From a virus: a stretch of 64,000 nt of DNA. The DNA is taken from positions 7,220-71,219 of IMG/VR virus record IMGVR_UViG_3300010399_000039. One strand, 5' to 3'. Below the pieces are notes generated by a model. That model saw only the letters and a program-made list of their open reading frames with translations, ran no database searches and was not told the DNA's origin. This document shows, one piece after another, positions 56,861 through 64,000 of this stretch. How positions within the stretch are numbered: position 1 is the first letter of the stretch; each line of letters starts with the position of its first letter. The translations under genes were made by a program, and so were the position numbers.

Positions 56861-57320
56861 CCCCGGCAACAAGCAGAGTGCCTGGTTGATCTACGGCGGC
56901 GGGCGAATCTTCGATAAGGGCATCGACCTGAACGCTGTCGTGCTCGACAAGATTAAAGACGAAGGATTCGCTGCGGTGCGCTGCGTGATCGAGGATGTTC
57001 AATCCTACGGGATGCCGGTTGGCCGCGACGTGTTCGATACCGTTTTCTGGATCGGCCGGTTCTTCGAGGCGTGGAGCGAACTTTACAAGCTGCCAGTGTC
57101 GAGGCTTGGCCGAATTGAAATCAAGATGCACCTATGCCACACCGCGCGCGCAAAGGATTCGAACATTCGGCAGGCGTTGATTGATCGGTTTGGCCCGCCG
57201 GGGGTTAAGTCGGCGCCGGGCCTGACTTATGGAATCAGCAAGGATTTGTGGTCGGCGCTGGCGATTGCCGTTACCTATTCGGATAAGCAAGGGCTCGATC
57301 CAGAGCCGGAACCGTTTTGA
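56829..57320 (+). CDS. RuvC-like Holliday junction resolvase
   Basis: VLAIDPG, VIEDVQSYG, WIGRF.E, KDSNIRQAL, D.WSALAIA. Confidence 0.78.
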   Translation: MAEPIRVLAIDPGNKQSAWLIYGGGRIFDKGIDLNAVVLDKIKDEGFAAVRCVIEDVQSYGMPVGRDVFDTVFWIGRFFEAWSELYKLPVSRLGRIEIKMHLCHTARAKDSNIRQALIDRFGPPGVKSAPGLTYGISKDLWSALAIAVTYSDKQGLDPEPEPF

Positions 57321-57598
57321 GAACGAAACAGAACCGGAAACATGGAGCAAAGAACCGGCAATGAGCGCTAAGTATACAAGGATCGAACAGTTCAACCTCG
57401 CAACGGCGGCCGGGCGCAGTCGTGCGCGACGGGCTGGGTTCGATGTACCAAAGCGCAAGAAGGGGATCGCCCGGACGCCGGTTGCGGTACGGCTCTGGGC
57501 CAGGGTTGACAAGGCCCCGGGCCAGGGACCGCAGGGTGATTGCTGGGAGTGGAAGGGCGGCACGAACGAGAATGGTTATGGAATTATCGGGAAGGGCG

Positions 57599-58144
57599 GA
57601 TGAGCACGACAAGAACAGGAACAGCGTTGCCTATCTACAGGCCATCCCACAATTCTATTATGGAATTAGCGACCCGATACCGGAAGGCCAACCAATTCGG
57701 TTCTATCTTACTTGGACAAACGTTGGAGACTCTCCGGCACTTAATCCATATCCGAGCGGGCGGGTTTATGTTCTGCCAATTGATGCGATCTCCTCAAATG
57801 GACCCGCTATTCAGGCGGCGACAATCAGTGAATGGAAACCGGAATATGAGAAGCGATTTAGAAATAATCTGTCAAGAGAAATCGCTCCAATTTTCCCAGC
57901 TAAGTCAAATTCACATCTTATTGAAGGGCCGGTTTTGACGAGGACAGACAGGGATGACATTTTCAAAAATGGGAGCAAGATCATTTTCCTAATAGCAGCA
58001 GTGCGCTTTAGAGATGCTAATGGCTATCACGAGGCACACTGCTTCAAGTATCTAAGCAGCCTAAACCCTGCAACGAACACGGCCAGATTCGATGATGGTG
58101 CTGATTATGTAGCGCAGATAGATTTACCGAATTTGAGACCTTAA
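57599..58144 (+). pseudogene. 5'-truncated IS passenger gene
   Basis: AT-richer frame DEHDKNRNSVAYLQ...WTNVGDSPA...VRFRDANG..H..CF with no plausible start; converges on the transposase. Confidence 0.55.
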
Positions 58145-58148
58145 GGTG

Positions 58149-59099
58149 TTAGCACGCGCGCTTGGTGAGGATTTTATATTCAAGATTGGGCGATGCGATC
58201 AATCGGAGCAGCGCATCGCGAAACAGGTAGGGGTTATTCCGATTGTTGAAACGGAATTCCAGTTCATCAAGGTAACGATCAAGATGCTTCACACTGATTT
58301 GATGATAAGAGCCGATGATAGATCGCTTGAACAGCGACCAGACGCCTTCCATCGTGTTGGTGTGAACGTCGCCACGTACCCATTCCAGTTTGCTGTGATT
58401 GACAGACTCATGACGGGTGTTCGCATCGCCACAGCCATCATAAGCCGGAAGATCATCGGTCATAATCGCGGTCGTTTCATCGGCAAGCTTCGCTTGGATG
58501 AAAGCTCGCAGAGTTTGACGATCAGCAACCAAACCGGCATCAAGCCGAACCTGTCCGCCGCGTTCAATTGCTCCGAGTACCATAGCCTTGCCGCTCGCTC
58601 CGCGTCCTTGAATCTTTCTCGCCCTAACGTCCTTGTGCATGTTCTTGGCTTTGCCGCCAACATAGGTTTCGTCTATTTCGACAAAGCCACTCAGAAGCGA
58701 TGTGTCGGCGTCCTTGACGGCTTCACGAATGCGATGGCAGAGGTACCACGCGGTCTTGTAAGCAACGCCAAGTGTGCGCTTCAATTGAAGTGCGGACATT
58801 CCCTTTTTGGATTCACAGATCAGATAGATGGCCGCGAACCACTTGGGGAGCGGCAAGTGGGAATCGTGAAAGATCGTTCCGGCTGTTACGGAGAACTGGT
58901 AGTTGCATGAATCACACACGAACTGATTGCGCTTATAGATTCGAGAGATTTTCTCAGACTGGCAACGGATGCAGCGGATACCATCAGGCCAGCGCAGACC
59001 CTCAAGATAAGCGCGACATTTTTCTTCCGAGCCGAACCGCTCAAAGAGCTTCATCAAATCCATGTCAGCCAGTTGCTTTTTGGGTGTTGCGCTTTTCAT
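58149..59099 (-). CDS. IS1595 transposase
   Basis: RWPDGIRCIRC, VEIDETYVGG, MTDD, HESVNHS, HTNTMEGVWSLFKR.I.G.YH, YLDELEFR.N.R. Confidence 0.95.
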   Translation of the reverse strand: MKSATPKKQLADMDLMKLFERFGSEEKCRAYLEGLRWPDGIRCIRCQSEKISRIYKRNQFVCDSCNYQFSVTAGTIFHDSHLPLPKWFAAIYLICESKKGMSALQLKRTLGVAYKTAWYLCHRIREAVKDADTSLLSGFVEIDETYVGGKAKNMHKDVRARKIQGRGASGKAMVLGAIERGGQVRLDAGLVADRQTLRAFIQAKLADETTAIMTDDLPAYDGCGDANTRHESVNHSKLEWVRGDVHTNTMEGVWSLFKRSIIGSYHQISVKHLDRYLDELEFRFNNRNNPYLFRDALLRLIASPNLEYKILTKRAC

Positions 59100-59111
59100 A
59101 AAGGACTCCTT

Positions 59112-59261
59112 ATGCCGAAAGAGAAAGAAAAGAAGAAAGAGCCAATCGAGATGACGACAGAAGAGGCGATAGCCGAACTCTTCCCGCCAAAAGTAGTCGA
59201 GAAATTGAAGGATTTAGTCCGTTGCGGCGACCAAGAACCGGAAGAGTTGAAAGCGGACTAA
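59112..59261 (+). CDS. small IS-associated ORF divergent from transposase
   Basis: AAGGA RBS; MPKEKEKKKEPIEMTTEEAIAELFPPKVV. Confidence 0.55.
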   Translation: MPKEKEKKKEPIEMTTEEAIAELFPPKVVEKLKDLVRCGDQEPEELKAD

Positions 59262-59697
59262 CCATTGCAAGTACAGGGTACCATGGATTCTACCTCGTGT
59301 CAAGTAGATAATCACCTTTGGAAAGCTCATCAGATAGCATGGGTTTCGGCGAACGGGCCGATTCCTGATGGCTTGAACGTATTGCACCGCTGCGACAACC
59401 CGCCATGTTGTCGACCGGAACATTTGTTCTTGGGTACGCAAAAAGACAACGTCCGCGACTGCATGGCTAAGGGGCGTTTTGTCCTTCCGCCTCTTCATGT
59501 AGGCGAAAACCAACATTTGTCTAAACTGACGGCGAAGACAGTGCGACGAATCCGCGGAATACATCTTTCGGGACGCGGGCGCGGTGAACGCGGAACGAAA
59601 GCAGTCGCACGAGCATTCGGGGTAAGCATTGGCACCATTAAACGCATTATCAATCGGCAAACATGGAAGCATGTCGCCTGAGAGGGGACAGGAAGCA

Positions 59698-61224
59698 ATG
59701 AAACCAAAACAGAAACTACAACGGGCTCAGGACGCTTTGCGGGTTACGGTAGTCGGATTTGGACCGGCGGACCTTATCGACGCGCCGCTTGATCCGGGAT
59801 TCAACATGCTCGAAGCCTGTAACGGCGGTGGCAAATCTCAAGTGCTGGTCGCGCTGCTTTGGGCGCTCGGCGATAAGAACATGAGGCCCCGGCTTCGCCA
59901 CGGCGCCGCGGAAGGCTACGTCGAGATCAACGACCAGCGCATCGCGACTCTCGACAAAGAGATGGCGGGCGTCAAGGACAATGAGCGCGCGCTTTACTTT
60001 CAGTCCTTGATAACAGAAGTCATCGTCCCCAACGTCGAGGATCCAAAGCGAGCCGAGCCGCGGCGAATAGCGGCCCTCATGGAACTTGTCGAGGTCAAGC
60101 TGACTGATGATGCGCTGCTGACGCTTGCCAGCGACGATCAGGAAGTTTTGGATTACGCGCTCGATCGGGAGCCGTCGATTCGACTCAAGAGCGTGACCGA
60201 TGCAGCGGAAAGGATCGCGCATTGGGCGCACTATCTGAAGCGCGAGGTTCACGGTGTAGCCGCTGACACGGCACAAGGGAAGATGGATGGGGCGCAGGCT
60301 GAGAAGCCGGAAGTGTTGAGCGAGATAAGCTCCGGTGAGGCGAAACTGAAATACGACGCGGCGGTGAGAGATCACGACCGAAAGAGCGGGGAATGGGATC
60401 AGCGGCAGAAGAGGGCGGCGGAACGTGATGAAATCGAAGAAACGCTTGGGGAGAGGCCCGATCCTGACAGCGCGCTGATTGGCGCTCAGTCGGCACAGAA
60501 TGAATACGAGGCGTGCATTACGATGGTGGCCGACGCCGAGGCTCGGGTTCTTCAAATGAAGGAGAATCTTGCTCGTGCCGATATTGCAAGACGGAAGATG
60601 CAAGCGATCTTCGAGACTACCCGGAAAATGGCAGAGTCTTGGGATCGCCGCAAAGCCATCCTCGACTCCGAAATCACCGGCGCAGATGCCGACGCGGTAG
60701 AAACGGCTCGTACTGCGGCAGAGACAGCCTACCGCGAACTCGAAGAGGCGAAAGCGACCGAAGCCTACGAAGCGGCCTGTATCGTCGTCGAGACGGCCCA
60801 GGCTGAGCGTGACTTGGCACTCAAGAAGTTCAAACGAGTCGAGAAGGTCGCTCAGGGCGTCACTCGGCAACTGGCGCAGCTTTTCAACGACGCGGGAATC
60901 AAGGGGCTGACCGTTGAGGACGGCAAGCTGATGAAGGTTCACGCGGACAAGACTCTCGAGCCGGTAGTAGACCTGTCGGCGGGCCAGCGTGCCAAGCTGC
61001 TGCTTCCGTTGCTTACTCGGCACAAGTTTCCCTACAGCATCATCGTGTTGCCGGAAGGGTTCGTTGGTTCGTTGCAGCCGAGCGCGCTGAAACAGGTCGG
61101 GGAAGAATTCGCGGCTGGCGGCTGGCGTGTGCTTGTGGAGCGACCGACCGACGAAGCGGGGCTGAAGGTTAAGAGAGTTGAACTTGAGGGCGCGGGTGTC
61201 GCGCAGGAGGCGGGTACGGTATGA
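59698..61224 (+). CDS. SMC/SbcC-like ABC ATPase
   Basis: NGGGKS Walker A, long coiled coil, LSAGQR signature. Confidence 0.75.
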   Translation: MKPKQKLQRAQDALRVTVVGFGPADLIDAPLDPGFNMLEACNGGGKSQVLVALLWALGDKNMRPRLRHGAAEGYVEINDQRIATLDKEMAGVKDNERALYFQSLITEVIVPNVEDPKRAEPRRIAALMELVEVKLTDDALLTLASDDQEVLDYALDREPSIRLKSVTDAAERIAHWAHYLKREVHGVAADTAQGKMDGAQAEKPEVLSEISSGEAKLKYDAAVRDHDRKSGEWDQRQKRAAERDEIEETLGERPDPDSALIGAQSAQNEYEACITMVADAEARVLQMKENLARADIARRKMQAIFETTRKMAESWDRRKAILDSEITGADADAVETARTAAETAYRELEEAKATEAYEAACIVVETAQAERDLALKKFKRVEKVAQGVTRQLAQLFNDAGIKGLTVEDGKLMKVHADKTLEPVVDLSAGQRAKLLLPLLTRHKFPYSIIVLPEGFVGSLQPSALKQVGEEFAAGGWRVLVERPTDEAGLKVKRVELEGAGVAQEAGTV

Positions 61225-61433
61225 CTGAATTCAAACAGTATCGCCGCAGTCAGATCGCAGAACTGAGGGCCTATGAGTCCGGTGAGGTTCTTGAGGGCGT
61301 TTCGATCTCGCCCGAGGACATCAAGGCCGGTTCGCCAAAAGTCGGCGATATGATCGCTCGAAACCCAAAGAACCATGCCGACCAGTGGCTCGTTGCGGCG
61401 GAGTACTTTGCGGACAACCTTGAGCCGGTGTAG
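61221..61433 (+). CDS. conserved small phage protein
   Basis: GSPKVGDMIARNPKNHADQWLVA..YF.DN.E. Confidence 0.72.
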   Translation: MTEFKQYRRSQIAELRAYESGEVLEGVSISPEDIKAGSPKVGDMIARNPKNHADQWLVAAEYFADNLEPV

Positions 61434-61435
61434 CG

Positions 61436-61573
61436 ATGGCAACCGACGAAGACTTCGAGCCCGAGCCCGAATTCCCCGAGCCGCGCGAGATGTGCTTCTT
61501 CACGCAGGACGAGCTAGCGGAGATGTGGCGTGAGTCGCGAGATTTTGTGGAGGATGAAACGAAATGGCCTTAA
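61436..61573 (+). CDS. 45-aa acidic peptide
   Basis: Not in ORF track. MATDEDFEPEPEFPEPREMCFFTQDELAEMWRESRDFVEDETKWP. Confidence 0.45.
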   Translation: MATDEDFEPEPEFPEPREMCFFTQDELAEMWRESRDFVEDETKWP

Positions 61574-62163
61574 ACGCTCTGGTGTATGACCTTGAAATTA
61601 TCAAGGCGATTCCAATAAAGGATGCGCGTGTTGAGGGCGTCGCCTACTGTGACGGATGGGGCGACCACGCCAACATGGGCATCAGTGTTATCGGAGCCTA
61701 CGACTACGCGACTGACCGTTATCGCGTCTTCACGAAAGAACAATTCCCTGAATTTGCCGAACTGAGTTTGAATCGTGAACCGCTCGTTGGGCACAACATA
61801 ATAGGATTCGACAATCGGGTGTTAGACGCTTGTGGTGTGTTTGCCGCTCAGCCGCCCACGGCGCTCTGCTACGACACCCTGGCTGAGCTTTGGGTCGCAG
61901 CCGGACTTGGGCGAACCTTTGCAGGTGCCAAGCACGGCGGATTTAGCCTGGACCGTGCCGCCGAAGTCAATTTTGGAAAACATAAAACGGGCAACGGGGC
62001 ATTCGCGCCCGTCGATTGGCAACGCGGCAATATCGGAACCGTGATTGATTATTGCCTCGAAGACGTACGGCTCACGCGCCTCTTGTTCGAACGGATGTCG
62101 CGAGACGGCTTCGCGATTGATCCTCGCGATGGCAGAAGTATTTTGAGGACGAAAATCTTATGA
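61564..62163 (+). CDS. DnaQ/RNase H-like 3'-5' exonuclease
   Basis: YDLE (Exo I), GHNIIGFD (Exo II), YCLEDV (Exo III). Confidence 0.85.
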   Translation: MALNALVYDLEIIKAIPIKDARVEGVAYCDGWGDHANMGISVIGAYDYATDRYRVFTKEQFPEFAELSLNREPLVGHNIIGFDNRVLDACGVFAAQPPTALCYDTLAELWVAAGLGRTFAGAKHGGFSLDRAAEVNFGKHKTGNGAFAPVDWQRGNIGTVIDYCLEDVRLTRLLFERMSRDGFAIDPRDGRSILRTKIL

Positions 62164-62381
62164 GCGCACAAGTAGAATCACTCACGGAAACGCTGGCGCA
62201 TCTGCGCGAGCAGATACCTCGCTCCGAATCTTGGCGGCTACGAAGAGCGCAGACGGCGCTTGCGTTGGTTGATAGCGAAAATGCCGCCGATAGGCTGTTC
62301 GTTGTTCGAACTCTTGCCAACGAACCAATCACGGCTGCGGACAGGTTGAGAATTCAAGGAGCAAGACTATGGCCATTATGA
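62160..62381 (+). CDS. hypothetical protein
   Basis: Translationally coupled ORF. Confidence 0.5.
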   Translation: MSAQVESLTETLAHLREQIPRSESWRLRRAQTALALVDSENAADRLFVVRTLANEPITAADRLRIQGARLWPL

Positions 62382-63238
62382 GTGCAGCACAACCAACACC
62401 AACACCGGAAAAACCGCACCTTTCGACCACGCAGTTAACAATGCTTTCGCGTTGCGGCGAGCAGTACCGGCGACGATACCTTGAAGGCGATCGCGAAGCG
62501 CCTGGCGTCTCAATGCTTGTTGGTCGTGGCGTTGATGCCGCAGTGAACGCAAACCTTCGTCAGAAGATTGCAACAAAGGCGCTTCTGTCGATCGAAGAGG
62601 TTTCAACACTCGCGCGCGACACTGTGACGGGCGAGTTCAGCGCAACAGAGGTTCGGCTGATCGACGATGAAGTCTCGGATGGGCTTGAAAAAACGAAGGG
62701 CAAGGCTGTCGATAAAGCCGTGCGGCTCTCAAGGTGCCACGCTCAACAGCTCGCGCCGGAACTTGAGCCCACCGAGGTTCAGCGCAAGTGGCTCGTCGAG
62801 ATGCCTAATTATCCAATGGACCTGACTGGGTACATCGACGTTCAGGAAGGGCGGGCCTCGGTTCGCGATACAAAGACGGCGGCTAAGTCGCCAAACGCGC
62901 AAGCGGCACAGGACTCAGACCAACTCACGTTGTATGCTCTTGCCGCGAAAGTTATCGACGGGACAACGCCGGGAAGTGTTTATCTGGACACGGCGGTTGA
63001 TCTGAAGAGCGGCGCCAAGATGGTTGTGCTGGAATCGAAGCGCGGTCCTGCGGACTTCACGGTCATGCTCGCCCGCGTCGAACGGGCAATGCAAATAATC
63101 GAGAAGGGCGCGTTCACACCGGCCAATCAGACGGACTGGTGGTGTTCGACGCGCTTCTGTGGCTACGCGGGCACTTGCCCGTTTTTCCGTCGCCCAGTGA
63201 CGATCTCCCTGGCTGACGCAGTTAAGGAGAAATCATAA
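62369..63238 (+). CDS. PD-(D/E)XK Cas4/RecB-like exonuclease
   Basis: HLS...C..Y...Y, GYID, DTKT, QLTLYA, C....CGY...C. Confidence 0.85.
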   Translation: MAIMSAAQPTPTPEKPHLSTTQLTMLSRCGEQYRRRYLEGDREAPGVSMLVGRGVDAAVNANLRQKIATKALLSIEEVSTLARDTVTGEFSATEVRLIDDEVSDGLEKTKGKAVDKAVRLSRCHAQQLAPELEPTEVQRKWLVEMPNYPMDLTGYIDVQEGRASVRDTKTAAKSPNAQAAQDSDQLTLYALAAKVIDGTTPGSVYLDTAVDLKSGAKMVVLESKRGPADFTVMLARVERAMQIIEKGAFTPANQTDWWCSTRFCGYAGTCPFFRRPVTISLADAVKEKS

Positions 63239-64000
63239 TGAGTCAGAATCTAGCAAAGCGATCAGTCACGGACGATGCGGTCGTGTCGCAACGCACGGAA
63301 ATGACCGGGGAACTTGCGCCGACCGCGACGATGGCCGAGAAGCAGTTCGAGGTTCAGAGCGCCATCGCTATCGCAAAGCGCTTTCCGCGCAACGAAGACA
63401 CCGCGTTTGCGAAACTTATGCGTTCGTGTCAACGCACCGGGTTTGCTGCCGAAGGTCGGTATCGTTTCCCGCGTGGCAAGGTAAAAGACGAAGCTACCGG
63501 ACGATGGGTTCCTAACTACGTGGAGGGACCGAGCGTGAACACGGCGCGCGAAAGCGCGCGTGTCTGGGAGAACATCAGGTACGGGATTGAGGTCATCCGC
63601 GACGACGAGGACACGCGCCAGATTCGAGGCTGGGCCTGGGACGTGGAAACGAACGTGAAGGTGACCGCCGAAGATGAATTCAAAAAACTAATTCAGCGCA
63701 AGGTTGATCAAGGTGGCCAGTGGGTGACGGCATGGGTGAAGCCTGACGAGCGCGATCTACGGGAGTTAACGAATCGTCGCGGCGCAATTCTTGAGCGCAA
63801 CTGTATCTTGAAGCTGATGCCCCGTGATCTTATCGAGGACGCGATGGCCCAGATACGCGAGACGTTGAGCAAGGACGCAACGGCAGACCCCGAGTCTGCA
63901 CGTAAGAAACTGATTCTCGGTTTTGCAAAGCTGAACGTGACCCCTGAAATGCTCGAAGAGTATCTCGGTCACAAGCTCGCTGAATGTAGCCCGCAGGAGA
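63238..64000 (+). CDS. putative single-strand annealing protein/recombinase (3' end outside window)
   Basis: Not in ORF track. EVQSAIAIAKRFPRNE...YRFPRG...EGPSV..ARE.AR.W.N...AWDVETN...RNCIL..MP; TAATG-coupled to the exonuclease. Confidence 0.62.
   Translation, partial: MSQNLAKRSVTDDAVVSQRTEMTGELAPTATMAEKQFEVQSAIAIAKRFPRNEDTAFAKLMRSCQRTGFAAEGRYRFPRGKVKDEATGRWVPNYVEGPSVNTARESARVWENIRYGIEVIRDDEDTRQIRGWAWDVETNVKVTAEDEFKKLIQRKVDQGGQWVTAWVKPDERDLRELTNRRGAILERNCILKLMPRDLIEDAMAQIRETLSKDATADPESARKKLILGFAKLNVTPEMLEEYLGHKLAECSPQE

Larger units (their letters stand above)
57601..59316 (-). mobile_element. IS1595-family element, one end deleted
   Basis: Right end GGTGATTATCTACTTGACAC (reverse complement) at about 59297-59316; no matching TIR or TTTGGAAA TSD at the left junction; left boundary approximate. 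Confidence 0.75.
57361..59681 (+). pseudogene. HNH endonuclease split by second IS1595
   Basis: N-half LWARVDK...CWEWKG....GYG (57361-57600); C-half LWKAHQIAW...GPIP.GLNVLHRCDNPPCCRPEHLFLGTQKDN...GE....SKLT (from 59316). Confidence 0.85.

Noticed and set aside
58097-58115. GGTGCTGATTATGTAG as left TIR of the second IS
   Set aside because: Only a loose match, lies inside the passenger coding frame, has no TSD and does not abut the HNH junction.
58146-58910. 254-aa + strand ORF
   Set aside because: Antisense to the second IS1595 transposase.
59716-61023. 435-aa - strand ORF
   Set aside because: Antisense shadow of the SMC-like ATPase; such open frames are expected at this GC content.
62369-63238. 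Cas4-like gene as a sign of CRISPR-Cas
   Set aside because: No repeat-spacer array or other cas genes were seen; the context is a phage recombination module.

Overview
This window covers most of a tailed dsDNA phage genome with podovirus-type architecture; both ends cut through genes. Left to right it holds: the end of a DnaC/IstB-like loader, an MT-A70 adenine methyltransferase, the terminase pair, portal, scaffold, major capsid and a beta-helix head fibre. Then come three adaptor/ring-like genes, several fibre genes, a nozzle, ejection proteins and a 3162-aa polyvalent internal protein (SLT, DdrB-like ParB, HExxH). A membrane/secreted cluster with a NuiA-like nuclease inhibitor follows. The right part has a divergent control region with an XRE HTH gene, a leftward early operon (ASCH-like, RHH, Lar-like) and a rightward recombination module (RuvC-like, HNH, SMC/SbcC-like ATPase, DnaQ-like, Cas4-like, putative SSAP). 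Two IS1595 elements with passenger genes interrupt phage genes, and a free-standing GIY-YIG endonuclease is present. The most unusual signal is that four tail-fibre-region proteins, one with an apparently intact GH43 catalytic domain, start with apparent Sec signal peptides, within a large predicted secretome and with no canonical endolysin visible. No integrase, tRNA, CRISPR array or reverse transcriptase was seen. All family calls come from recognising motifs by eye, not from database searches.
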